DNA of 25,278 nt from a virus (IMGVR_UViG_3300027838_000035:1-25278); one strand, 5' to 3'; shown: positions 18,254 through 25,278, counted from the stretch's first letter. Numbers and translations are program-made. Notes: generated by a model not told the origin, from the letters alone.

Positions 18254-18424
18254 TTAGGTCCGCTCAGGGGACTCAATGTCTACCCGGTTGCGGTGCTTGC
18301 AATTCCGACAGGTGATTTCGACATGACTTCCCGGTGTTGCTTTAAACAGCCACCTGTGGCAGTTGCCGCATCGATAGTCTACCAGATCTGGTAGAATTTT
18401 ACGTTTTATCGTCTCCCGTGTCAA
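18254..18424 (-). CDS. Mu Com-like zinc-finger protein (absent from the supplied ORF track)
   Basis: Manual translation: LVDYRCGNCHRWLFKATPGSHVEITCRNCKHRNRVDIESPERT*, the RCxxCxxxLFK...IxCxxCK pattern. Start uncertain: TTG 18424, or CTG 18385 on a near-leaderless transcript. Confidence 0.8.
   Translation of the reverse strand: MTRETIKRKILPDLVDYRCGNCHRWLFKATPGSHVEITCRNCKHRNRVDIESPERT
18378..18395. promoter_or_regulatory. perfect 18-bp palindrome TCTACCAGATCTGGTAGA over the predicted +1
   Basis: Self-complementary; directly abuts the -10 hexamer. Confidence 0.6.
18396..18424 (-). promoter_or_regulatory. sigma70-type promoter for the Com-like gene and virion operon
   Basis: TTGACA-17 bp-TAAAAT on the minus strand. 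Confidence 0.75.
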
Positions 18425-18710
18425 GGGCTTCCCCTAACAGTCTCAGTACCGCAGCGGGCATACAGCGCCCACAGAGGTCTGGAGGATCTGGAATAAACGA
18501 GTTCAGGGAGACGTTGAAAACCACGGGAGACCCCTCGAACTCGGCTGTAAGCTTGAAGCCGTTTCCTTCTTGTGGATCTACAGTAAAAGAGCGCCCCCGG
18601 CAAGCGGAACAGTTACTGTCCCCGTCCATACCGGTCCCTTCGCATTCAGGGCACTCCACTTTGTGCGGAAACTCGTCACCGCACACATCACAGATGATCG
18701 TTTTAGACAT
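18399..18710 (-). CDS. zinc-binding protein with DnaJ-like CxxCxGxG motif
   Basis: CDVCG, CPECEGTG, CSACRG, DLCGRC; GAGGAG RBS. Confidence 0.75.
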   Translation of the reverse strand: MSKTIICDVCGDEFPHKVECPECEGTGMDGDSNCSACRGRSFTVDPQEGNGFKLTAEFEGSPVVFNVSLNSFIPDPPDLCGRCMPAAVLRLLGEALDTGDDKT

Positions 18711-18819
18711 CCAGCTCCTCGACCAGGGCTTCTATCGCGTTCAAAAATGTCTGCATAGCCGCCAGATAGACCCCCTTCTTGATAGGCTTGTGGCAGAGGG
18801 CTATGGTTTTGCGGCTCAT
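18703..18819 (-). CDS. small hypothetical protein (MSRKTIALCHKP..., 38 aa)
   Basis: GGGAG RBS, ATGA overlap upstream, overlaps the start of the next gene. Confidence 0.5.
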   Translation of the reverse strand: MSRKTIALCHKPIKKGVYLAAMQTFLNAIEALVEELDV

Positions 18820-18998
18820 CGAAACGGCTCCCAGGACAGGATGATCGACCGGCCCAGCCAGTAAAAACAGACCATGGGGCCAAGGTTCTCCCAGCGGGGC
18901 TCCCAGCTAAATATAGGATACTGGGAGCGCCTTTTGAAGAACGGAGAAGCCCAGCCGATCCATGCACAGCGCCTCTTTCCCTTCCAAGGTAAAATCAT
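18816..18998 (-). CDS. small Trp-rich hypothetical protein
   Basis: 60-aa ORF, ATGA-coupled to the next gene; weak RBS. Confidence 0.4.
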   Translation of the reverse strand: MILPWKGKRRCAWIGWASPFFKRRSQYPIFSWEPRWENLGPMVCFYWLGRSIILSWEPFR

Positions 18999-19170
18999 AG
19001 CGGTTCATTTCTACGAAATGTTCTAAAGCGGCCTACGCAGGAAGCCAGTTGAGGGTGATGGCGGCAGCGCCAACTCAAATTCTGGATTATGGGAGATAGT
19101 CTCCCCTGATCCACTCTTTCGCACATGCGGCTTGATTCATTATGGGTCTTTCCGCTTGATTACTTTGCCT

Positions 19171-19527
19171 TTATGGCTTTCGTCGGGAAGGTGCGCCCCC
19201 CCCTTTATTCAATGCAGGATTCGAACCTGCTACACAAGAGTTTTCCAGACTCTTAAGATTTTCCGAGGTTGGTGGCTCTTTAGGGCAAAGCCGGTGCCCG
19301 CTGCCTGTTTCTCCTTTTACTCTACGCATCCGCTGTTCTTCGAGTGCCTCTTTTCGCTTCTCTTCTGTGCCGTTATAGACTTCACCTATTGCCTGTCCCA
19401 GCTTGAACCATGCGCTGCCCTCTTCTTCGCTGGTTGAGACATTGTTTTTCCGGTATGCGGTGGATGCCAGCGCCAGCGCCTCTTTCAGCGTCAGGGTCAG
19501 ATGAACTTCAGGCTGCTCCTTTTCCAA
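19171..19527 (-). CDS. hypothetical protein
   Basis: GGAGGAG RBS before TTG; the N-terminal two-thirds looks protein-like, the C-terminus runs over a tRNA-like element. Confidence 0.6.
   Translation of the reverse strand: MEKEQPEVHLTLTLKEALALASTAYRKNNVSTSEEEGSAWFKLGQAIGEVYNGTEEKRKEALEEQRMRRVKGETGSGHRLCPKEPPTSENLKSLENSCVAGSNPALNKGGGAPSRRKP
19214..19254 (-). other. tRNA-like fragment (anticodon arm + variable loop + T arm)
   Basis: AAGAGT-CTGGAAA-ACTCTT, GTGTA, GCAGG-TTCGAAT-CCTGC; no matching acceptor stem or D arm found. Confidence 0.55.
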
Positions 19528-19756
19528 CTTTCTCCTCCAGCCGCTTGAGCCGCTCCTCGATCTGAGCTTGTTTGTCCGCGTAGATATCGATGACCTCCGT
19601 GAACTTGTAGTAAGCCTTGAGCTGCGCGGCCCCCGTCTCCAGGGTCATCCCGGCATTCTTCCTCAGCGACTTGTTCGCCCTGCGCTGGGTGCAGACCATT
19701 ACAATGATCATTCCACACTGGGTCGCCCGAATAGCCAAATCAAACCATTCAATCAT
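19508..19756 (-). CDS. hypothetical protein with N-terminal hydrophobic segment and coiled coil
   Basis: 82-aa ORF overlapping both neighbours. Confidence 0.6.
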   Translation of the reverse strand: MIEWFDLAIRATQCGMIIVMVCTQRRANKSLRKNAGMTLETGAAQLKAYYKFTEVIDIYADKQAQIEERLKRLEEKVGKGAA

Positions 19757-19955
19757 CTTGCCTCACAAACCTGACGATTTCAGGGTCATAGCCCGCTTTA
19801 AGAAAGGATTCCATGAGGTCATCTGCCGCGCCCTCCGGCACAAGATAGGGAGCTTTGCCTATATCGAAGTCCATGCAGATAAGCCCGCCATCGATCTCGA
19901 AGCCGATGATCACATCCACCTTTTCCTTATACTGACTGATCGTGACTTCCATCAT
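19749..19955 (-). CDS. hypothetical protein (MMEVTISQY..., 68 aa)
   Basis: GGAGGA RBS and ATGA overlap; the longer 160-aa call overlaps upstream genes. Confidence 0.6.
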   Translation of the reverse strand: MMEVTISQYKEKVDVIIGFEIDGGLICMDFDIGKAPYLVPEGAADDLMESFLKAGYDPEIVRFVRQDD

Positions 19956-20197
19956 TCCTCCGTCTGGTCCGCGCAGTGCTGCAGGAATTCCTTCAGGCCA
20001 ACAAGGTCGTCCTTGTTGCTGATGGACAGAACCTTGCCATTCTTTTCGCCCTGCACCAAGAGCACGAACTTGCGCTCTTCGCCAAGGACTCTCTCGATCA
20101 CCCCCTTCAACCAGAGCTGCCAGCATCCGTTCACTGAGGTTTTCTGGAAAATCTTCTTCGAGCCTACCATTGTTGGCGACCACGGACAGACCTCCAC
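19952..20197 (-). CDS. hypothetical protein
   Basis: Fills the gap in the operon; alternative start at ATG 20170. Confidence 0.55.
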   Translation of the reverse strand: MEVCPWSPTMVGSKKIFQKTSVNGCWQLWLKGVIERVLGEERKFVLLVQGEKNGKVLSISNKDDLVGLKEFLQHCADQTEE

Positions 20198-20586
20198 ATA
20201 AACGTCCAGAACCCTGGAAGTGCCGCCTCAAATGCTTCCAGATGCAGCCTGTCCTTTTCCTGGCTGGACTTTACCTGAACCAGATGACGTCTCTGCGCCG
20301 CATCCACTTCCATTCTTGTGGTGCCGGGAGAGAGGTAGTCAGCATACGCCATGTTCTCCGATAGGAGGCGGGCATATTCTTCAACATAGGCACCCTTCAG
20401 CCGGTCGTGCCCTTCCTTCTGATGCAGCATCATCCTGTCGCAATTCAGCTGAATCATCAGCACGGCAGCACAGTAGATCGTGAAAGGAAAAGCAAAAACT
20501 CCGTCCACGGGCGTAAAAAGGAACAGCCCCCAGCCGAGAGCCATCCAAATACCAAACTGAACAAGACGGCTTTTTACGCTGACCAT
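20164..20586 (-). CDS. putative membrane protein (two N-terminal hydrophobic segments)
   Basis: LVQFGIWMALGWGLFLF and VFAFPFTIYCAAVLMI. Confidence 0.6.
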   Translation of the reverse strand: MVSVKSRLVQFGIWMALGWGLFLFTPVDGVFAFPFTIYCAAVLMIQLNCDRMMLHQKEGHDRLKGAYVEEYARLLSENMAYADYLSPGTTRMEVDAAQRRHLVQVKSSQEKDRLHLEAFEAALPGFWTFMWRSVRGRQQW

Positions 20587-21158
20587 CGCTTGGAAAGCCC
20601 TTTCACCTCCGTGGTTGCATTTGCAATTTCAAGGGCGGAATCGATGGCTGTGACTTCTTCCTTGAGGGCTGAGACATTCTTGTCCCGCACCTCAGGATCG
20701 AAGTAGAGACGCCTCTTGGTAATAATCGGATTCCCGCCGCCATGCGGAGAATTCATGGTCGCCTCGGGTGCGATCCCCCTGTCTGACAGGGAGTCCCACG
20801 CCTGGATCTCCAGATCGATGAGGTTGTCTGTGCCCGCCGAAGACCTTCTCTGTGCCGATACTGTCCGTCTGGTCACCCAGTATGCAATGGGCTTCGAGAC
20901 AGGTTTGCCATCGAGCTTGATTGTGATCTTTTCCCTCAGGTTCGTTGAGGAGATCGCCAGCTGCAGTTCTATGACGTTCTGGATACAATCCGCATGAGAT
21001 TGCAGCCATTCCTCGACCTTGCCTCTCTGAGCCTCGGAGGAGCCATAGAACGGATCCTGCATATCCAGATCAGCGCAGTGCTCTTTAATCTTCGCACGTA
21101 AATCCGCAGCTTTCCTCAGCTGCGCTTTCTTATGTTTCATCGCCTCCACGATGGTCAT
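20574..21158 (-). CDS. DIP1984/DUF6847-like coiled-coil protein
   Basis: MTIVEAM...LR.K..DL, LQLAISSTN, IDSALEIANATTEV pattern; GAGGA RBS before ATG 21158. Confidence 0.6.
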   Translation of the reverse strand: MTIVEAMKHKKAQLRKAADLRAKIKEHCADLDMQDPFYGSSEAQRGKVEEWLQSHADCIQNVIELQLAISSTNLREKITIKLDGKPVSKPIAYWVTRRTVSAQRRSSAGTDNLIDLEIQAWDSLSDRGIAPEATMNSPHGGGNPIITKRRLYFDPEVRDKNVSALKEEVTAIDSALEIANATTEVKGLSKRWSA

Positions 21159-21203
21159 AAAGAATTTCCTCAAGGGAGAGGGTGGGGAGCCGTGCCACAC
21201 GGC

Positions 21204-21425
21204 TTACTCAAGTTTTGCGGTTCTCATCATTGCTTCCCAAAATAAATCTCCATAAGGAGCAAACGCGTCAGCCATATCCTTTACAGTGGACAGTTTTAGC
21301 TCCGTGCGATTTCGTTCCCAGGAGGCAATAGCAGACGGAGTGCTTCCGATTTTATCCCCAAGCACATCCCGGGTCATACCACACAGCGTCCTGAACCCCC
21401 GCACAACATCGCCCGCGTTGGACAA
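21204..21425 (-). CDS. XRE/Cro-CI family HTH regulator
   Basis: VRGFRTLCGMTRDVLGDKIGSTPSAIASWERNRTELKLSTVKDMADAF; probable TTG start at 21425 after GAGGAG. Confidence 0.8.
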   Translation of the reverse strand: MSNAGDVVRGFRTLCGMTRDVLGDKIGSTPSAIASWERNRTELKLSTVKDMADAFAPYGDLFWEAMMRTAKLE

Positions 21426-21597
21426 GATTGGCTTCTCCTCTTTGTCAGTTTCCTCAGTGACATGTGCAGAATTTAAGAAACAATGCAATCAGCAGCACGT
21501 TTAAAAACGCACTATGAACAAAAAACATACAAGGTGTACCTCTGGCGAGTACGTGGTGTAGCCTTGTTGCTACACGCTTCTTGCAGGATATGAGAAC

Positions 21598-22062
21598 TTA
21601 CACGACATCTTTCCACGACTTTCGCAGAACAACCAGAGACATGGCGCTTCGGGTGACTTTTGTTCCGAACTCCTTTTCCACCATCCTGCACAGGGCTGTT
21701 GCCTCTACCTTCCCCTTGACATATCGCTCACGAACCCACCGGACAATGTCTTCGTTGAGCGCACGGTTACGGCCCTGAGCAACCTCGCTCATAGCCTCCG
21801 ATGTGGTCCTTTGATGCAAGTGTTCAGGGCATACGCATAACTCATTCTTGCAGCTGGACTTAACTACAATCACCTGCCTGTTATAGGACTTGACAGCGCC
21901 CTCGAACATGAGATCCCGCACAAGACGATTCTTCCCGCCCAGCCTGAAGACGGGTTTTTCGTCTGCGGTTTCCCCGGCCCAGGTATAGCAACCGTCCTCT
22001 TCAATTCGGATCTGCGACCACAGGCGCTGCAAGTCATCGAACGCCAAGTCCTTGTGCGTCAT
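21598..22062 (-). CDS. degenerate HNH (His-Cys zinc-loop) endonuclease-like protein with C-terminal HTH-like region
   Basis: GCYTWAG, SSCKNELCVCPEHL, GRNRALNEDIVRWVR...LRKSWKDV. Confidence 0.65.
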   Translation of the reverse strand: MTHKDLAFDDLQRLWSQIRIEEDGCYTWAGETADEKPVFRLGGKNRLVRDLMFEGAVKSYNRQVIVVKSSCKNELCVCPEHLHQRTTSEAMSEVAQGRNRALNEDIVRWVRERYVKGKVEATALCRMVEKEFGTKVTRSAMSLVVLRKSWKDVV

Positions 22063-22439
22063 TTCTTTTTCCTTGTCAAACCCTTGCCAGCCATCGGTCC
22101 GAGCTTCGCCCTTGCTGCGATGACATCAGACTTCCTGAACAGCTGTTTTTGTCCTGGGCTGCTGATTTCTTCAGGCTTCACGTGCTTCCTGACCGTCTCG
22201 GGTGCCTTCACCCCCAGGACTACCATAGCTTCCTTTAGGTCGATCAGGGGATTCTCGACACGGGTACCTAAGCGCCGGGGCTGTCTCTCGACCACAGCCG
22301 CTACCGTAGGCCTCTTCTTCTCTTCCTTGCCCTCCACATGCACGATCTCCGCGCCAGACTTCTCAACCATCCCCATCAGCGTAGACATCGCTTCTCCGTT
22401 GCCATCTGGAATCTCGAACTTCACGGTTACCTCAATCAC
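22059..22439 (-). CDS. excisionase/MerR-like HTH-domain protein
   Basis: LIDLKEAMVVLGV...TVRK...QLFRKSDV; AAGGAGGT RBS. Confidence 0.6.
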   Translation of the reverse strand: MIEVTVKFEIPDGNGEAMSTLMGMVEKSGAEIVHVEGKEEKKRPTVAAVVERQPRRLGTRVENPLIDLKEAMVVLGVKAPETVRKHVKPEEISSPGQKQLFRKSDVIAARAKLGPMAGKGLTRKKK

Positions 22440-22463
22440 GTTGACCTCCTTTAAGGCTTTCGT

Positions 22464-22814
22464 TTACTCCGCCATCGCAACGATTTCCTCGGGCGTCATG
22501 ATATTCAGACCAAAGACCTCTTCCAGCTCCTTTCGTTGGGCGACTATCGTGGGGTTCTGTGTCGTAAAAAGCATGTTCTCATCCTCTTGAAACGTCACGC
22601 AATACACGTATTCTGCCAGATCGAGCTGGCGGTATTTATCCGCCTGTTCCCTTGTGATCTTTTTCCTGCCCACAAGGACACTCAGATTCGATTTGAGCTG
22701 ACGCTCCATCTTCCGTATAGCCCGTCTCCCTGCTGCCTTCAGAAGGGCTGGCGGGATCTCTTCTGCCAGCTGAATAAACTCGGGATCGACCTTGAAAAAC
22801 TTACTTTTCTTCAT
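22464..22814 (-). CDS. hypothetical protein
   Basis: 116-aa ORF, co-oriented with the operon. Confidence 0.7.
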   Translation of the reverse strand: MKKSKFFKVDPEFIQLAEEIPPALLKAAGRRAIRKMERQLKSNLSVLVGRKKITREQADKYRQLDLAEYVYCVTFQEDENMLFTTQNPTIVAQRKELEEVFGLNIMTPEEIVAMAE

Positions 22815-22879
22815 CTTCGATTTCCACCGAGTGATACGTCACACGGGTCTCCTTTCTTTAGTTAGTAACCGCCTTCGAA

Positions 22880-23470
22880 TCACCTTCTAAACACGCCAAC
22901 AATTAAATAACTGTGATTTTTTCTGGCCGTCTTTTGGTACGGCTCCCTCATACAAGGGACTGTTGCTTGCAACAGGACAAAGATGTCTGCTATTCGAAAC
23001 CCAAACGTCTCCATTAGAGTAATAGCCTCGACGTGCGTCAACCTCTGCTTGCCACTTTCTATTTCGTCTTGGCATTTCACATACAAAACGCCCTTCTTCT
23101 TCAGGCATCTTGCCGCTTCCAGTATACCTGCCGCATAGTTCCTGACCACAGATTCGTGACCTGTATTTTCATTCCTATAGCATTCGTTGATACTTTTCTT
23201 GACCGTCTTCCCTCCGTGCATATATGGAGGGTCGAAGACCAATCCGTCCAACGAATCATCCTCGTAAGGCAGGTTCCGAAAGTCCACGCCCGTCTGGATA
23301 TCCGTAAGCAGTAGGTTGTAGTTCTTTCTGTCAACGTCTTTCCAAAAGACACCCTTTCCATAGGTAACATCTGCTATGGTTGCCCCATGTTCCGAATGCA
23401 ACCCTAGTGCATCGGGGAAAATGTTTGCATTGGTTCCTACTTTTCCTGTAAGAATGACGCCGTCCGTCAT
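22880..23470 (-). CDS. DNA amino-methyltransferase (N6-adenine/N4-cytosine type)
   Basis: SAM-binding motif ADVTYGKG precedes catalytic VFDPPY; EAARCLKKKGVLYVKCQD; ARKNHSY. Confidence 0.85.
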   Translation of the reverse strand: MTDGVILTGKVGTNANIFPDALGLHSEHGATIADVTYGKGVFWKDVDRKNYNLLLTDIQTGVDFRNLPYEDDSLDGLVFDPPYMHGGKTVKKSINECYRNENTGHESVVRNYAAGILEAARCLKKKGVLYVKCQDEIESGKQRLTHVEAITLMETFGFRIADIFVLLQATVPCMREPYQKTARKNHSYLIVGVFRR

Positions 23471-23580
23471 GCGCTATATCCCCTTCCGTAGCATTTCATC
23501 TGCCCCGGCTTGACGTGTTGCTGGATAGCTGCATGCAGGTTCTGCTCCAGAGTGAATTCGGGACACGGTTTTCCGTTCAT
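23467..23580 (-). CDS. small hypothetical protein (MNGKPCPEF..., 37 aa)
   Basis: GGGAG RBS; ATGA overlaps at both ends. Confidence 0.45.
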   Translation of the reverse strand: MNGKPCPEFTLEQNLHAAIQQHVKPGQMKCYGRGYSA

Positions 23581-23669
23581 GCGCTGCTCCCACTGGTCCG
23601 GTGGCACGGGACCGGTTCATGGGCTTCGTTCAGGATGTATTTGCCGAGTCGATTATCGGGGTCTATCAC
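23577..23669 (-). CDS. small hypothetical protein or gene remnant (MIDPDNRLGKYIL..., 30 aa)
   Basis: GGAGG RBS before GTG; ATGA overlap with the next ORF. Confidence 0.35.
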   Translation of the reverse strand: MIDPDNRLGKYILNEAHEPVPCHRTSGSSA

Positions 23670-23799
23670 GATGCCTCCACAGCGTCCAGACACATGAACA
23701 AAACTTCATGACTGCAGCATACCCAGCGAACGTGGTCACGGCAAAACCCGCCATGTAGATAAACTTCCCGAACAGCTCGTTTGCCAGATCCCAGGTCAC
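23653..23799 (-). CDS. small membrane protein (48 aa)
   Basis: GTGA overlap with the upstream stop, GGAGGAG RBS, one hydrophobic segment. Confidence 0.5.
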   Translation of the reverse strand: MTWDLANELFGKFIYMAGFAVTTFAGYAAVMKFCSCVWTLWRHRDRPR

Positions 23800-24029
23800 T
23801 CCAGCTCCTCCCTCAGCATATTCACGGCATTTGCCAGATCCGACGTCGGCCACATATCGATGACCCTTTGTGCAGCATTACGCAAACGCTTCTTCTCTCC
23901 CAGCGCTACGCGCAGTCGATCATCCACGATCCTTCGAGACAGGCGTTCACGTTCAAGATCCGTATTCAGATCCCTCACAAGCTCCGCAAGGCGCTCGTCC
24001 ACAGGACCGTCCTCCTTCACAGCCTCCAA
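23796..24029 (-). CDS. coiled-coil hypothetical protein
   Basis: 77-aa helical ORF within the operon. Confidence 0.6.
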   Translation of the reverse strand: MEAVKEDGPVDERLAELVRDLNTDLERERLSRRIVDDRLRVALGEKKRLRNAAQRVIDMWPTSDLANAVNMLREELE

Positions 24030-24046
24030 AACCTCAAGAGCCTTGC

Positions 24047-24340
24047 TTACACTTCGTTCCTCTTCCTGTGCTCTATAGTGGACTTGCTGATCTTGATCGC
24101 AGAAGGAGCGAATACCGCCGTTGGCTCACCTTCGAAGAAGACCCCTGGATCAATGTCAAAAGCCTTCGTGAACCTCAGGAAATACCGCATCGTCAACCCC
24201 CGAGCACCAGACTCCAGCTGCGTATAAAACGGTCTGGAGATCTTCATTACCTTTGCAACGTCCTGTGCTCTCAACCCCCGCTCGATACGAATCTTCCTCA
24301 ACGACTGCCTCACCGTTGCAACCGTCCATTCCTGCTCCAA
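24047..24340 (-). CDS. XRE/Cro-CI family HTH regulator, first gene of the leftward operon
   Basis: LRKIRIERGLRAQDVAKVMKISRPFYTQLESGAR...F.IDPGVFF; AAGGAG 7 nt before TTG 24340. Confidence 0.85.
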   Translation of the reverse strand: MEQEWTVATVRQSLRKIRIERGLRAQDVAKVMKISRPFYTQLESGARGLTMRYFLRFTKAFDIDPGVFFEGEPTAVFAPSAIKISKSTIEHRKRNEV

Positions 24341-24432
24341 AACAGCTCTCCTTATGAAGATGGGTCTATTATCCCCTCCAACCCCCCCTATTTCATCAGC
24401 CTTCCTGATATCGCAACTCCCACCTACTGCAC

Positions 24433-24460
24433 ATGGTAACACCAAAAAAATCAGATGCAA
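24433..24460 (-). promoter_or_regulatory. probable leftward promoter
   Basis: TTGCAT-16 bp-TACCAT with TGn extension. Confidence 0.5.
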
Positions 24461-24464
24461 CATA

Positions 24465-24491
24465 TTTTTGGGCTTTGAACCCAACGAAGAG
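24465..24491. repeat. left copy of 27-bp inverted repeat
   Basis: TTTTTGGGCTTTGAACCCAACGAAGAG, exact reverse complement of 24805-24831. Confidence 0.9.
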
Positions 24492-24567
24492 GCAGGAAAA
24501 TTCTCAAAACATGAGAAAACCGGAAATATCCTGGGCTGTGAGCCGACGCCCTCAAGGGCCAGCGGAA

Positions 24568-24581
24568 GTACTGTACAGTAC
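24568..24581. promoter_or_regulatory. perfect 14-bp palindrome GTACTGTACAGTAC
   Basis: Self-complementary, in non-coding DNA between the inverted repeats. Confidence 0.45.
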
Positions 24582-24804
24582 AAAGGCAGGGGAATCGGCA
24601 GACCAGGGCGGGAATAGTAGCGATATGCAAAAGGGAGCCCCTTTAAGGGCTAAAAAATATCTACGAGCGGGATGAATTATTAAATGGCAAGGGGGGCGGG
24701 ATACCCCACCCCCCCGCTGGCGTTCCAGGACTGAAATGGGCCGATTTGAGCCGGATTCGGGTTGCATATGGGTTGCGTTCCCGAAAAACCCGCCTCCAGA
24801 CTGG

Positions 24805-24831
24805 CTCTTCGTTGGGTTCAAAGCCCAAAAA
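24805..24831. repeat. right copy of 27-bp inverted repeat
   Basis: CTCTTCGTTGGGTTCAAAGCCCAAAAA. Confidence 0.9.
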
Positions 24832-24976
24832 GAGGGAAAAACAGCCGATTTGGACCTTTTAAACAAGGGAAATCTGGCCAAAAAAAACCTATTTTTCTCC
24901 GGTCTATACCTTGCCTTGTCTCCCGCAGTATTACCCGCGCCCAAGGGGAGTTTCTCACCTATCCTTGAATAATAAC

Positions 24977-25005
24977 TTGACATTTATACAAGGATGTGGT
25001 ATACT
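24977..25005 (+). promoter_or_regulatory. strong sigma70-type rightward promoter
   Basis: TTGACA-17 bp-TATACT, TGn extended -10, AT-rich upstream. Confidence 0.85.
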
Positions 25006-25155
25006 TAAATCAGGACGAAGAAGAGCACCACATAACATTTGAATAAACAATCACATACACGCATAAAGGAGACTGGACAGTACCCGCCTAATCGACACAA
25101 ATGATGTACCGCCGAATCAGGACGCAAATGGTTTGCCACCACAAGGAGATACAAA

Positions 25156-25278
25156 ATGCAGAAAATACCGATGTTTACGGGATTAGGTACGCCGAAATCG
25201 AAACTTTCCACTATCAAAATCCAGCAAGATGGAGATGTATTTACCAGCCTGTCGCACGTCAATTCCAAGCCTGAAAAT
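25156..25278 (+). CDS. first gene of the divergent rightward unit (MQKIPMFTG...), truncated
   Basis: AAGGAG RBS, ATG 25156, frame open to the window end. Confidence 0.7.
   Translation, partial: MQKIPMFTGLGTPKSKLSTIKIQQDGDVFTSLSHVNSKPEN

Noticed and set aside
19200-19290. Complete tRNA-Ser(GGA) gene
   Set aside because: Acceptor stem and D arm cannot be formed and there is no long variable arm; kept only as a fragment
24465-24831. IS element or MITE defined by the inverted repeats
   Set aside because: No transposase, no evident target-site duplication, ends not IS-like; cannot be fully excluded
24552-25268. ORFs 24552-24983 (-), 24736-24972 (+) and 25005-25268 (-)
   Set aside because: They overlap promoters and repeats and lack RBS or protein-like composition

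Overview
A 25 kb piece of a tailed dsDNA phage or prophage with podovirus-like organisation. Almost all genes are on the minus strand. Reading right to left, a divergent control region (about 24.4-25.2 kb) has two sigma70-type promoters and a 27-bp inverted repeat. Next is an accessory/regulatory block with two XRE-type HTH proteins, a DPPY DNA methyltransferase, an excisionase-like HTH protein, a degenerate HNH protein, a DUF6847-like protein and a tRNA-like fragment. A compact promoter / Com-like zinc finger / terminator unit then precedes the virion operon: large terminase, portal, a displaced TerS-like protein, a stand-alone DnaB N-terminal domain, an FmdB-type zinc ribbon, scaffold, major capsid protein and three small decoration-like proteins. 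A hairpin-bounded cassette of three glycosyltransferases, one fused to a SAM methyltransferase, follows, then the tail adaptor, nozzle and a tail fiber with an S74 chaperone domain. The best candidates for new biology are the glycosylation cassette between head and tail genes, the Com-like antitermination-type switch, and the DnaB-NTD decoy. All family calls come from reading motifs by eye; no searches were run and the host cannot be determined.
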